From assembly GCA_043228905.1 (NCBI GenBank), contig JBHGNT010000009.1, positions 12,090,001-12,154,000 of the forward strand: 64,000 nucleotides of DNA, read 5' to 3'. Positions 1 to 10,437 of the stretch are shown in pieces (position 1 is the stretch's first letter; the number at the start of each line of letters is the position of its first letter). The notes under the pieces were generated by a model, which was not told where the DNA came from, searched no databases, and saw only the letters and a program-made list of their open reading frames with translations. The stretch comes from Azolla caroliniana. Taxonomy: Eukaryota > Plantae > Polypodiophyta. The translations under genes and the position numbers were made by a program.

Positions 1-936
1 AAGATACGGATACTGAAGAAGGCTCTTCACCGAACCTTCTCAATGAAGGACCTGGGTCCGGCGAGGCAAATACTAGGGATGCACATCATCCGGGACCGGA
101 AGAAGAAGCAGTTGTGGCTGTCACAGGAGAAGTACATGACGAAGGTGCTTCACCGGTTCAACATGTCGGAAGCAAGACCGGTCGGATCGACCCTCCCGGC
201 AAACTGCAAGCTGTCCAGCAAGCAAAGTCCCAAGACAAAGGCTGAAAAGGAGGATATGATGAAAGTGCCGTATGCCTCAGCCGTCGGGAGCTTGATGTAC
301 GCCATGGTGTGTACGAGACCGGACATAGGATATGCAGTCGGAGTGGTGAGCCGGTACATGAGCAATCCCGGCAAGGAGCATTGGAACGCGGTCAAGTGGA
401 TACTCCGATACCTGAAGGGCACATCAAACGTGTGCCTCCGATTCGGCTCCGGTAAGCCCGAACTCGACGGCTTCACCGATTCGGATATGTCGGCTGACGC
501 AGATACCAGCCGGTCCACATCAGGGTATGTGATGACGTATGCAGGGGGAGCTGTTTCATGGCAGTCGAGGCTGCAGAAGACGGTTGCGTTATCAACCACG
601 GAGGCGGAGTACATGGCGGCCGTTGAAGCCGGCAAGGAAATGATATGGATGAAGGACTTCATTAGAGAGCTCGGTATCCGGCAGGAGGAGTACCGACTCT
701 ACTGCGACAGTCAGAGTGCCATCCACCTTGCGAAGAACGCGGCCTATCACTCCCGGACGAAGCACATCCAGCGAAGATATCACTGGATCCGGGAAAGGAT
801 AGAAGACCAGGAGTTCGTGCTGACGAAGATCCACACGGACGAGAACGGCTCAGATATGCTGACCAAAGTGCTCACACCCGACAAGCTGGAAGCATGCCGG
901 AAGAGGATCGGATTGGAGAGACATCCCATGCCGTAG
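1..936 (+). CDS. Copia pol C-terminus (RT end + RNase H), frame intact, 5'-truncated by window edge
   Basis: Motifs MKDLG, YASAVGSLMYAMVCTRPDI, GFTDSD, LSTTEAEY, YHSRTKHI, DMLTK. Confidence 0.95.
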   Translation, partial: KIRILKKALHRTFSMKDLGPARQILGMHIIRDRKKKQLWLSQEKYMTKVLHRFNMSEARPVGSTLPANCKLSSKQSPKTKAEKEDMMKVPYASAVGSLMYAMVCTRPDIGYAVGVVSRYMSNPGKEHWNAVKWILRYLKGTSNVCLRFGSGKPELDGFTDSDMSADADTSRSTSGYVMTYAGGAVSWQSRLQKTVALSTTEAEYMAAVEAGKEMIWMKDFIRELGIRQEEYRLYCDSQSAIHLAKNAAYHSRTKHIQRRYHWIRERIEDQEFVLTKIHTDENGSDMLTKVLTPDKLEACRKRIGLERHPMP

Positions 937-949
937 TGAAGGGGGAGTT

Positions 950-1589
950 TGTTGGGATTTCGGTCCCTCCGGATGGGATGTCCGGAGATGAATGACGGCA
1001 AGCCCGGTTGCGGTTACGGAGCCGGATGATGAAGACCCTGGCTACGGAGCCGGATGCTGAAGACCCCGGTTACGGAGCCGGATGACGGATGTACCCGGAG
1101 AGAGATCCGGATGTGGGGACATGTTTGTGAATATGTTTTGCCAAGAGCCCTTGAGGCTATATTTGTAAATAGCCCAAAAGTCATATGTGTATAAATATGA
1201 CTTAGGGCAAACAGTTTTACTGTTGCTTCTCATTTTTTCTGTTTTTCCACTTTAGAGGAGTGAAGAGAGAGAGCAGCCGGGAGAGAGAGAGAGAGAGAGA
1301 TAGAGCGCGAGAGAGGAAGAGGTAGACGCCTCTGTGTATTTCCGCCGCCTGTGGCGAGGACAGCGAGCTCAAGGTCGTCGCCTTGCAGCTCGCCATTGTA
1401 TACTTCTCTGTATAGTGTTGGCTTGGAGTCTTGTACTCCCGTGGTTTTTCCCGTCTAGGGTTTTCCACGTTAATCCCAGTGTGCTCGCGTTTTGTTTCTC
1501 TTTGTGGTTCCTATTTTCTGCTCCATTGATTCGCGCTTACTCGGTTGTGGCCGAGTGGTGAAGGTGAATAGAAGCGTCTATTCTTTACA
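950..1589 (+). repeat. 3' LTR of copia A (~28-bp U3 repeats, TATA, GA microsatellite)
   Basis: TG...CA ends, follows PPT; homologous to the inverted LTR at 15232-15835. Confidence 0.9.
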
Positions 1590-1746
1590 GGTCCTTAGCT
1601 ACATGCATGTATGCGAGACACTTGAATACCTTCAGATGCTGGTAGGACACTTCCTTACCGGTCCAGACTCTCTGTGGCGTGTCTCCGTCCAAGGGTACTG
1701 AGGGTGATCTGTTTATCACATATGTCGTCGTCGACAGTGCCTCAGC

Positions 1747-3603
1747 CTAAAACTTCTTGGGTAGTTTTGCATGCGCCAGCATACTCTGGACCCTCTCCAT
1801 TATGGTCCGGTTCATCCTCTCGGCCAGCCCGTTTAGTTCCGGCGTCTTTGGCACGGTAAATTCGAGCCGAACTCTCTTCGAGCGACAGTACTCCTCGAAC
1901 TGCCCCCGGTATTCACCTCCGTTATCTGCTCGAACCGCCTTCAGCTTCCGGCCGGTTTCTCTTTCCACTCTCGCGTGGAGCTCTTTGAAGACGGATAACA
2001 CCTGATCCTTCATCTTCAACGGTGTGGCCCACAGCTTCCGGCTGTGGTCATCTATGAACGTCACGAAGTACTGCAATCCTGCATGTGACTTCGTGTCCAC
2101 TTGACACACATCAGTATGCACCAACTCCAGTGGTGCATTACGTCTCATCGGTGGCCTCGATCGGAAGGAGGTTCGGTTTTGCTTTCCGGCCGAACAATCA
2201 GTGCACTTCTCCAAGTGCACATTCTTTACTGGAATGAGGTTGTCGTCTGCAAGCCTCTTCATCCCCTTCTCGCTCATGTGACACAGTCTCTTGTGCCACA
2301 GCTCACCGGCAGTGTCGGATGCCACGTTCACTTCCTCTGGACATAACCGGGCATTCATCAAGTACAACGTGTTTACCTTCCGTGCCCGAGCCACAATCAG
2401 GCTCCCTTTGCTGAACTTCATAACACCGTTCCAGATGCTACCCGTGTAGCCTTCATCATCTAGCCGACCGGCTGATATCAGGTTCAGACGAACCTCCGAA
2501 ACGTGTCGAACATCCTTCCGCAGCATCTTGCATCCGGTTGGTGTTGACATCCATACTTCTCCTATGCCGACAATTCGGCATGTACCTTCATTCCCCATCC
2601 GGACACAACCGTGATCAACGGCTGAGTAGGATGAGAAGCATTTCTGGTCTGGGGTAAGGTGGAACGACACTCCGGAGTCGACCAACCAGGTCATCTCGTC
2701 GCCGGAAAGGTTTATCTCACTCTCCTCGGTGATGAGCATCAACTCTTCTTCACTTGCCGCGATTGCCGTCGTTCCCTTCCGGTCCGTTCCCCTCCGGTCT
2801 TTACCAATCCAGTCCGGTATCCGCTTCGAATCAGTACCGTCGGTTTCCTTGTCCTTTCGAAAATGCCGACAGTTCTTCTGGAAGGGTCCCGGCTTGCCGC
2901 AATAGAAGCAAGTAGGTCTCCCCCTTGACTTTGACCGTGTCCCCGACTTTTCCCGGTTCTGGGGACTACGGTTTCTTTGTCTTCCGCGTTCCGATTCGGT
3001 AAGGAGTTCTTTGGAGTCGGAGCTCGTATCTTTATCTTTCCGACGTGCCTCCTCATCTAGCAAGCTCGACTTTACTCTTGCTAGGGATAACCGTTTCCCT
3101 TCCGGCCCGGCCTTGCCCAAGGTGACAACCAACGTCTCCCAATTATCTGGGAGGGGACCGAGCAGGAGTAGTGCTAGTACCTCATCGGCGAGAGGTACCT
3201 CCAATGATGTTGCATGGTGGATCAGCCCCTGGAAGGCATTCATGTGCTCCGCCAGGCTGGAGCCATCTTGGTACCGGAGTCTTACTAGCTTCTGGAATAC
3301 CGAAACCTGATTAACAACATTTTTGTTTTGAAACATAATGTCGATCTTCTCCCAGATCTCATGAGCCTTGCTCTCTTCATTGAAGTTGTTGTATAGGCTC
3401 ATGTCGATGAAGCACCGTATGTACGCCGTTGTCTTCATGTGCATCACCTCCCATATCGCGGCGTCGATTTTGTCCGGTCTCTTGTCCCCGAACTGAACCG
3501 GCAGCCAGAGGTCTTTAACCACGAGCATGTCCCTCATCTTCAACTTCCACACCGAATAGTTGGAACCGGTGAGCTTGAACATGCCTCCCAACGAATCGTC
3601 CAT
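1747..3603 (-). CDS. Copia gag-protease-integrase (ATG at 3603, premature stop in integrase)
   Basis: Gag UBN2-like region, CFYCGKPG knuckle, protease WLVDSG, GAG-pre-integrase LWHKRLCH, integrase VHTD/RADNGGEY/NGLAER. Confidence 0.9.
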   Translation of the reverse strand: MDDSLGGMFKLTGSNYSVWKLKMRDMLVVKDLWLPVQFGDKRPDKIDAAIWEVMHMKTTAYIRCFIDMSLYNNFNEESKAHEIWEKIDIMFQNKNVVNQVSVFQKLVRLRYQDGSSLAEHMNAFQGLIHHATSLEVPLADEVLALLLLGPLPDNWETLVVTLGKAGPEGKRLSLARVKSSLLDEEARRKDKDTSSDSKELLTESERGRQRNRSPQNREKSGTRSKSRGRPTCFYCGKPGPFQKNCRHFRKDKETDGTDSKRIPDWIGKDRRGTDRKGTTAIAASEEELMLITEESEINLSGDEMTWLVDSGVSFHLTPDQKCFSSYSAVDHGCVRMGNEGTCRIVGIGEVWMSTPTGCKMLRKDVRHVSEVRLNLISAGRLDDEGYTGSIWNGVMKFSKGSLIVARARKVNTLYLMNARLCPEEVNVASDTAGELWHKRLCHMSEKGMKRLADDNLIPVKNVHLEKCTDCSAGKQNRTSFRSRPPMRRNAPLELVHTDVCQVDTKSHAGLQYFVTFIDDHSRKLWATPLKMKDQVLSVFKELHARVERETGRKLKAVRADNGGEYRGQFEEYCRSKRVRLEFTVPKTPELNGLAERMNRTIMERVQSMLAHAKLPKKF

Positions 3604-3632
3604 TTTTTGGGTCGTTTCGCTGTGATACCACT

Positions 3633-4510
3633 TGACGAGAACTACACGCTTCGGTGAATGACGCTCGGCCACAACCGAGTCTAAAATCAAACACAGAAAA
3701 ACAGGTAAGAATGCACGACACAGTGAAGAGAAGAGTACACAGGATGTTTACGTGGAAAACCCAAACTAGGGAAAAACCACGGCAGCCCATAGGCTGCAAA
3801 CTATCACTATGTTACAGTGTACAACGGTGAAGCACCGAGGCAATGACCTCGAGCTTTCTATCTTCGCCACAGGCAGCGGTTACAACAGAGGCAATGAACT
3901 CTTCCTCTCTCACTCTCTCTCTGTACACGGTTACGCGCTCTGATCTCACGCAGACAAGAATAACAACAACTCCTACATCACACACAATAAGTTTGCCCTA
4001 AGTCATATTTATACTAATATGACTTTTCGGCTATTTACAAATATAGCCTCGATGGACTCTTAGAAACATATTTACGAATATGTCTCTCCATCCGGAGAGC
4101 GCTCCTCACCGGGCCTGCATCATTCGGATCTTGCCGGGCACTCGTCATCCGGTTCTCACCGAGTCTGCACCATCCGGCTCTCCGTAGCCGGGTACTCCTC
4201 ATCCGGTTCTCATCGGGTCTGCACCATTCGGCTCTCTGTAGCCGGGTACTCCTCATCCGGTTCTCACCGGGTCTGCACCATCCAGCTCTCCGTAGCCGGG
4301 TACTCCTCATCCGGTTCTCACCGGGTCTACACCATCCAGCTCTTCGTAGCCGGGTACTCCTCATCCGGTTCTTACCGGGTCTGCACCATCCGGCTCTCCG
4401 TAGCCAGGTACTCGTCATCCGGTTTCGACCTCGGGCTATCGGCCTCAGCCGAGTTTCCTTATCAGCACTGTCCTTCTCCATTCCCATCCGGAGGGACCTG
4501 TCTCCCAACA
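3633..4510 (-). repeat. 5' LTR of copia B with ~5 copies of a 54-bp tandem repeat (~4146-4424)
   Basis: Unit CATCCGGTTCTCACCGGGTCTGCACCATCCGGCTCTCCGTAGCCGGGTACTCCT; TG/CA ends. Confidence 0.9.
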
Positions 4511-6042
4511 ATTGCTATATCTAGTGGGGAAACAGGCACTAACGGGAAAATTGGCTAGATGGATGCTGTTGCTCCAAAAATTCGACTTTGTAATTCAGCG
4601 CCGACCAGGGACGCAACATGTGGTGGCGAATTTGTTGAGTAGACTAGATAATGGAGAAATGGTGCAAAAAGATGAAGACGACTTTCCGGATGTGGACATT
4701 CTGCGTGTAACAACTTTAGCAGAAAGAACAGAAAAGACTTTTCCGGATTGGTGGTTGATGGAAATGACCTACTTTCTGACCATGGGGTTACCGCCACCCC
4801 AATTAAGGACGGACGAGAAAAAATGGTTGGCCGTACGGAGTCGTAATTTCTGTTTAGTCGACGACGTCCTATATCACAAAGGTAGTGATGGCATCTGGAG
4901 GCGCGGAATACGGCAGGATGAGAAGGCTACGGTTTTACGAGAAGCCCATTGTGGTACAGTTGGAGGACATTCTGCAGGCGATGTTACGGCCCGGAAAATC
5001 TGGCAAGCAGGACTTGGATGCATATGAATATTGCAAATAGTGCGATTTATGCCAACGGCTGGGCCAGCCCACAGAGGTCGCGAGAATGCCACATCAACCG
5101 GTGTTGCCGTTGGATCCTTTCCAAAAGTGGGGGCTGGATTTTGTGGGACCCTTTACCCCGGCGGCTGCTTGAACAGGCAATAAGTATATCCTGGTAGCTA
5201 CGGATTATTGCACCAAGTGGGTAGAAGCGAAACCACTACGCGAAAATACCGCGACAGTCACGACGAAATTCCTTTATGAACATAGCTGGTGTTGTTTCGG
5301 CTGCCCTATTGAGCTCATTAGTGACCAAGGGAGTCACTTTCTGAATACAATCATCAGCGAGCTGACCCAACACTACGCTGTGGTTCACAAAAAGAGTACG
5401 CCATATTGCCCATAGGCAAATGGCTTTGCCAAATCCATGAACAAAACATTACAAACTATCCTCAGAAAGATAGTCAATGAGAACAGAATAGATTGGGATA
5501 CCAAATTGCACAACGTGTTATGGGCGTATCGAACCAGCTATAAGAACAACATACAATCCACGCCTTTCAGGCTAGCATTTGGGCTAGAGGCCGTGATGCC
5601 TGTCGAATTCCAAGTACCCAGTCTGCGGATTCAAGTACGAGCCCAACTGCTAGAGGGCAAATCTGAACAAATACAGCTACAACAACTATTGGAACTAGGC
5701 GAAACAAGGTTACAGAGTATGGCTGTATTGGAGCAGGAACAAGGGTGGTGCAAAGCATTCGTGGACCGACATCGGCATGTGCGTGAAAAGGATTTTATGG
5801 TTGGGAAAGTGGTATTACTTTTTCAAACACGCATGGGGCAAATGCTAGGAAAATTAAGATTCCGCTGGACAGGCCTGTACTGGATAGTGGGAGTGGAACA
5901 GGGCACGTTTCAACTTGGCACTTTGGCCGGGGAAGTGTTACGAAAAAAGGTGAATGTGTTTCGCCTTAAACCTTACTTGGGACCTACGCCACCTAATCAG
6001 TTCTCCACCGGACAGGACAAAGCTGGGGAAACCGCAGAGTAA
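4511..6042 (+). pseudogene. Gypsy pol RNase H end + integrase (frameshifted, internal stop)
   Basis: [51 protein letters not shown]. Confidence 0.9.
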
Positions 6043-6392
6043 CTATATGGCCCTACTTGTACTATAGTGTAAAAATAATATTGAATCTAACCATTACTAA
6101 AGTAAAAAAAAAGAAAAAAAGAGAGAAGATAGCGACGCTATTAAAAGGACTTAAGGCATGCATAAACTTCTAGGCCAAGAACACGTGGCACCACGATGGC
6201 TCACCGACCAATGAACTCTAGGCCACAAAAAGAAGAAAATAGAAGGTTTTTTGCATAGTACAGAAACCAACCTTCTAACTCTCATTGCTCTCATCACTCC
6301 CCTCACTCAACCTCCTCTCCATCCTACCACAGAGCTCAGTTCGCCATAGCCAACAATCCTCACCCACTAGCCACGAGTCTCACCCTCCTACT

Positions 6393-8600
6393 ATGCCGAT
6401 CCCTATTTCTGTTGCCTTGCGTTGATGGCTTGCGAGAAACGCCTGGATGGATACATCAAAGTCGCCAAGGTGCCCCCTCACTCTGAAGCCCTGGACATTG
6501 CTAGGAAGCTTAATATCGACACAGTCACCAACACATCCATCTAGAAGAAGCTTGACCTATCATCGCTGGGAGAAAGACATTTTGAAATCCCTCCTACGGA
6601 AACTTTGTAGAGATATTTCGGGCCATATTCGGCGTCCACCAAGGCATACAGGATGAAGGAAATCCCCGACCCCTTCTTTCGTGAAATAGCCAAGGATGCA
6701 TGCATATAAATGCCTATGGGATGCCCAAGCAGAAGGCAGGTATCATCATTGATACCTTCGAAGGACGCACGGTCGATTGGGGGATCATTACGGGACCAAC
6801 GTTGCGAGAAGGCTTGGACGTGTATCAAGGCGGCAAAAAGTTAAGGACAATCATACAACAGTATCTGACGATACTATTCCCTCCTAGAGGACTGCCAGCA
6901 CCATAGCCCAGCAAACCCAAGCCGCCGCCACGATCTGCGAAACGAAGGTTAGCGGAGTTGGCCACCATAGAATGGGAGGATGAACCCCAATCAACCCAGC
7001 CCAGCACGCGAACAACACAGGAGGAATGGGCGGAGCACAGGGAGGAAGCTCCACAGGAGCAGGAAGCCGAGCAACGTCTAGGCAACCTGAGGCCGAAATG
7101 GCGAAGGATGGATAGGAAAGATGGGCGCAGATTAGTTAAAGACACACTCGTGGCCACAGAGATGACCACTGTGGTCAATAGCTCCGTAGCTACAGATCCC
7201 AACACCAGCTTCGAAATAATCTGGGAACCACGACCGATCATTTCGGCCCAGTCACAATGGGGAAAAGGTGTATTTACGGAGGAAAGCGAGGTCCTAGCGC
7301 ATCCGGACATTCCGGACACGACCCATGAGTTCAGCGCACTATTACGTTCCGACATTGCTTTTGAACTCATGGAATTTTTAGCAACACAACAAATAAAAGT
7401 CTCCCAATGAATGACCGAGGAGCATGCGGAGCGACAAATGATCGAGCGTGTGCTAACACAAACGGCGGGAAGCGATGATGAGGAACAACTAGCCAGAGTT
7501 GGCAGACAACGGAATGCCAGTATACGCCGAATTGGGATGGAACTACCCCCATTAAACGCGGCCCTCGTCGAGGTTCGTAGGGAACTGGCTAAGGTCAGTA
7601 TTGGCGCCAAGGATATGGCGATTAAAAATAAAAATGTCTGGAAAACGGTTAAACTGACCCAAGCCGAGCTACAAAAGGCCAACAAACGCATCGCGGAGTT
7701 GGAACACAATGCGACTACCGCGCAACAGGCAACTCAACCAACTGACAACACCACCAAGGCCCTGAAAGAAGAGATTGAAGTGCAGACCGCCAATGCCTCG
7801 AAAGAAAAAAGGGCCGTGCAACTAGTGGAATCAGAGATTGACCGCCTCCGCTCCGAACTTAGCTAGTCCTCAGACTGAGAAAAGGACATCCGGGCCAACA
7901 GCCGAAAGTCAGTTAAGACCCATGAAGAGAAACTCGTAGCAGAGGTAGCACATCACACCCGCATGAAAGAAGAAAACGCCAAACTACATAAGGAAGCACA
8001 AAAATTGGAAACGACGATCACGTGACTCCGGGCGTTATTGGAAAAGAAGAAAGCATGGTTCGACAACCAGCTTGTATGGGAAGAGGTGAGAAGGCATAAG
8101 CTTGAAAACCACCTGAACAATGAAATGGGGAAGCTGGAGGAATTACATGGGGAAGGAATCTCAGCTATGGGCAGGAATGAGGAGCAATTATGAGGAAGCA
8201 ACGGCGGTCAGTAAACATGAAATCGAAAACCTCAAGAAAACCGTAGAAGAATCACACAACCGTTGCCAAGCAATAACCGACAACGTGCGCATACTTCTTC
8301 AAAAAAATGGGGAGAGGTTTATGGCGCAATTACAAGCGACGCTAGACAAAGGCTAGATGACGTGGGTTGCACAAGCGGCGGAGTTGCATACGTACTAGGC
8401 GGACTGGGAGAATCGAAGAAAAGACAACCGAGGGTTCTACAAACTCAATGAGGAAAGCATTGCGGCAGTACACGAGGACCTAGCGCAGGATTATCGCACG
8501 CTAGCGGACCAACACTCCAAGGAACTCACGCAACTACTAGACGGTTTTGGCGAAAATTAGGAGGACCCGTTTCACCAAATCAGGAGGTTACGAACGAGAT
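6393..8600 (+). pseudogene. Extra sense ORF downstream of pol: plant-transposon-protein-like N-terminal domain + long coiled coil
   Basis: ATG at 6393; ORF pieces 6700-6906, 6958-7410, 7411-7866, 8120-8356; homologous pieces at 45981-47611 and 54160-54750/43650-45030. Confidence 0.75.
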
Positions 8601-8871
8601 AGAACCTTGTCCTACCGAGAGCCTACCAACGGCTGAGCCAGCCACAATAGAATAGGATTAGCCAACGGAGCCCGGACCGACCACACAGGAAGCTAGTGGC
8701 ACCATGGAAAGCCCTACCGAGCAAGTACTGGAACCACGCAACAACGCCTACGGACACTATGTTGTCCTTAGACCTGGAGACCGGGGCGGAACCAAACATC
8801 CGGGCCATTTTGGAGGAAGATTAAAAGGGTGGGTCTGACGTGCCATGGCACTGTCCCATAGGCGTGCCAGG

Positions 8872-9227
8872 TGTTGTCTGCCGGAATAGTAACCGATGGA
8901 TAGGAGCGCAGAAATATAGAATATAGTAAAAACGTAACGCATGTAACGGTTCATGTGTGAAGCGTGAACGGCTAAAAGACCTCGTGTATATAAAGGGCAG
9001 AAATCCTCTGTAAGAGGTAGCATGTAAATTTGGATGCATAGAGTGTTATCTTAATAGAGTACTATCTTCTCTAATTCCTGTGCATATCTGTGGTTTATCT
9101 ACTGTGTTTCTGTGATTCTTGGTGGCGTATTGTAATCGTAAGGGCGTAGACGTGAGTACGAGTGTTGTTACTAGTGCACTGTCTAAGGAGTTTGGTTGTA
9201 GCCGTCTCCCTTATACGCTACTAGGAT
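8872..9227 (+). repeat. 3' LTR of gypsy C (3'-truncated)
   Basis: Starts TGTTGTC at the same position as the outer ends of the 5' LTRs of elements D and E. Confidence 0.85.
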
Positions 9228-9237
9228 CCCATTACGT

Positions 9238-10429
9238 TGTCGTGAAGATTTTCGGCCATAGTGTGAAAATCCCGTAAAACGTACAAAATCGAGTATGAAT
9301 CACATAATACAATAATTGTGAAGATAACATTTTAAATAAATTTAATATCTAAATACAAAATGATGGAGGTTTCGAATGCACTTTATTACATGAGCAACGG
9401 ACAACTAAATGTCAAGATATGAGGGTATAAAGTTTGTGAAAGGAAAAGAGAAAATTGTGAGATATCCCACATAGGCACGACAAATACGGCTCTCATCATA
9501 TATAAGGTAGAGCAAAAGCTATTATCTTTGTGTCTATGTGTGGAGCATAGAGAGTTCAAGGTACCTTGAACTAAGAGTGGAGGTGGGCTAGCTACTTGTA
9601 AAGGGTTTTGGCCAACCAAAACCAGACCGATGATGGCGCTGGTAAGGTGGCGGCATCCGGTGGCGGCATCCGGAGCCAGTGAGAAGAAGGCATCCGGCGA
9701 GGCACCGGTAACCGACGGCATCCGATGCCGGTGAGGTGACGGCATCCGACGGTGGCACCGGTATTCGACGACATCCGGTGGCAACCGGCGCCGGTGAGAC
9801 GACGACACCCGACAAGACACCGGTAACCGACGGCATCCGGCGAACCGGCGTCCGGTGACTAGATAAATAAATATATAAATATATATACATATACAAGGAG
9901 GGCAAGTAAGGATTCGAACCTTGCACCTCCGAGTTAAGAGTCAATTGGCTTACCATTAAGCCATGCCATTTAGTTGAATTTATATTTCTATCATTGTACT
10001 TTTACATGTAAATTCTCATACATGAGAGCTAAAATGAGTGCCATGGTTATCATGCACCACATGTAATACATGAGCGCCAAATGGCAAACATGCATTTTAT
10101 GCATGTCTTCTACCCTCACAAGCATGATATGCATGAGAGCATCTATAAAAGAAGGAAGGGGGAGGAGAAAAAACACGTTTTTTTTAGGAAATTAAGAAGA
10201 AGAAATTCGTTATCAAATTGATCATGTAACTTGTTTCTTAAATCTAAAGTTAAAAGTTCAATCAATCTCTCTCAATTGTGTAATGTCAACTTCTGATCTT
10301 TCCCAATCTATCTTAAGTACTTTCTCGCTAAAGCTTGCACCAAAGCTTGTACCGACTTTGAATCCTTCCGGTCCAAAACCCCGGCGGTTCCGCCTCACGA
10401 TCCGTGCGTAGTGACGAATCTTCACGACA
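9238..10429 (+). repeat. 5' LTR of gypsy F
   Basis: TGTCGTGAAGATT (9238-9250) ... AATCTTCACGACA (10417-10429) perfect inverted ends, followed by a PBS. Confidence 0.8.
9901..9967 (-). ncRNA. Degenerate tRNA-derived (Lys-CTT-like) Pol III module inside the LTR
   Basis: Minus strand: A box TGGCTTAATGG, D stem GCTT/AAGC, loop CTCTTAA, B box GGTTCGAATCC; acceptor and anticodon stems pair poorly. Confidence 0.6.
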
Positions 10430-10437
10430 TAATTAAG

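Larger units (their letters stand above)
1..1589 (+). mobile_element. Ty1/copia (Tnt1/Tork-like) element A, 3' part: RT-RNase H, PPT, 3' LTR; inserted into copia B
   Basis: Open RT/RNaseH frame 1-936, PPT GAAGGGGGAG at 938-947, LTR TGTTGGG...TTTACA at 950-1589; copia B integrase sequence resumes on the - strand at 1590. Confidence 0.93.
1590..4510 (-). mobile_element. Ty1/copia element B, 5' half (5' LTR, PBS-Met, gag-PR-INT), inserted in gypsy C
   Basis: LTR 3633-4510, PBS TGGTATCACAGCG at 3618-3630 (-), gag-pol ORF; interrupted by element A at 1589/1590. Confidence 0.93.
4511..9227 (+). mobile_element. Ty3/gypsy element C (non-chromoviral, Athila-like), 3' half: RH-INT, extra 3' ORF, truncated 3' LTR
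   Basis: RH end LARWMLLLQ, DDFPD linker, H2C2 and integrase core, GPY-like end; LTR 8872-9227 homologous to 45040-45508, 53805-54106 and 22745-23134. Confidence 0.9.

Noticed and set aside
4146-4424. Regular repeat array resembling CRISPR
   Set aside because: Head-to-tail units with no unique spacers, inside an LTR, no cas genes, eukaryotic context
4035-4511. ORFs with repeating RMRSTRLRRAGWCRPG / EPDEEYPATESRMVQARY peptides (also 23872-24135, 28596-28959)
   Set aside because: Translations of the 54-bp LTR tandem repeat; no evidence of coding
6825-7709. Long antisense ORFs (also 150-662, 21296-22021, 26868-27383, 32111-32752)
   Set aside because: Shadow frames opposite recognised TE coding sequence
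6393-8600. Calling the extra ORF a retroviral envelope
   Set aside because: No signal peptide or clear transmembrane helix visible in the reconstructed pieces
9901-9967. Functional tRNA-Lys gene
   Set aside because: Acceptor and anticodon stems do not pair properly; treated as tRNA-derived only
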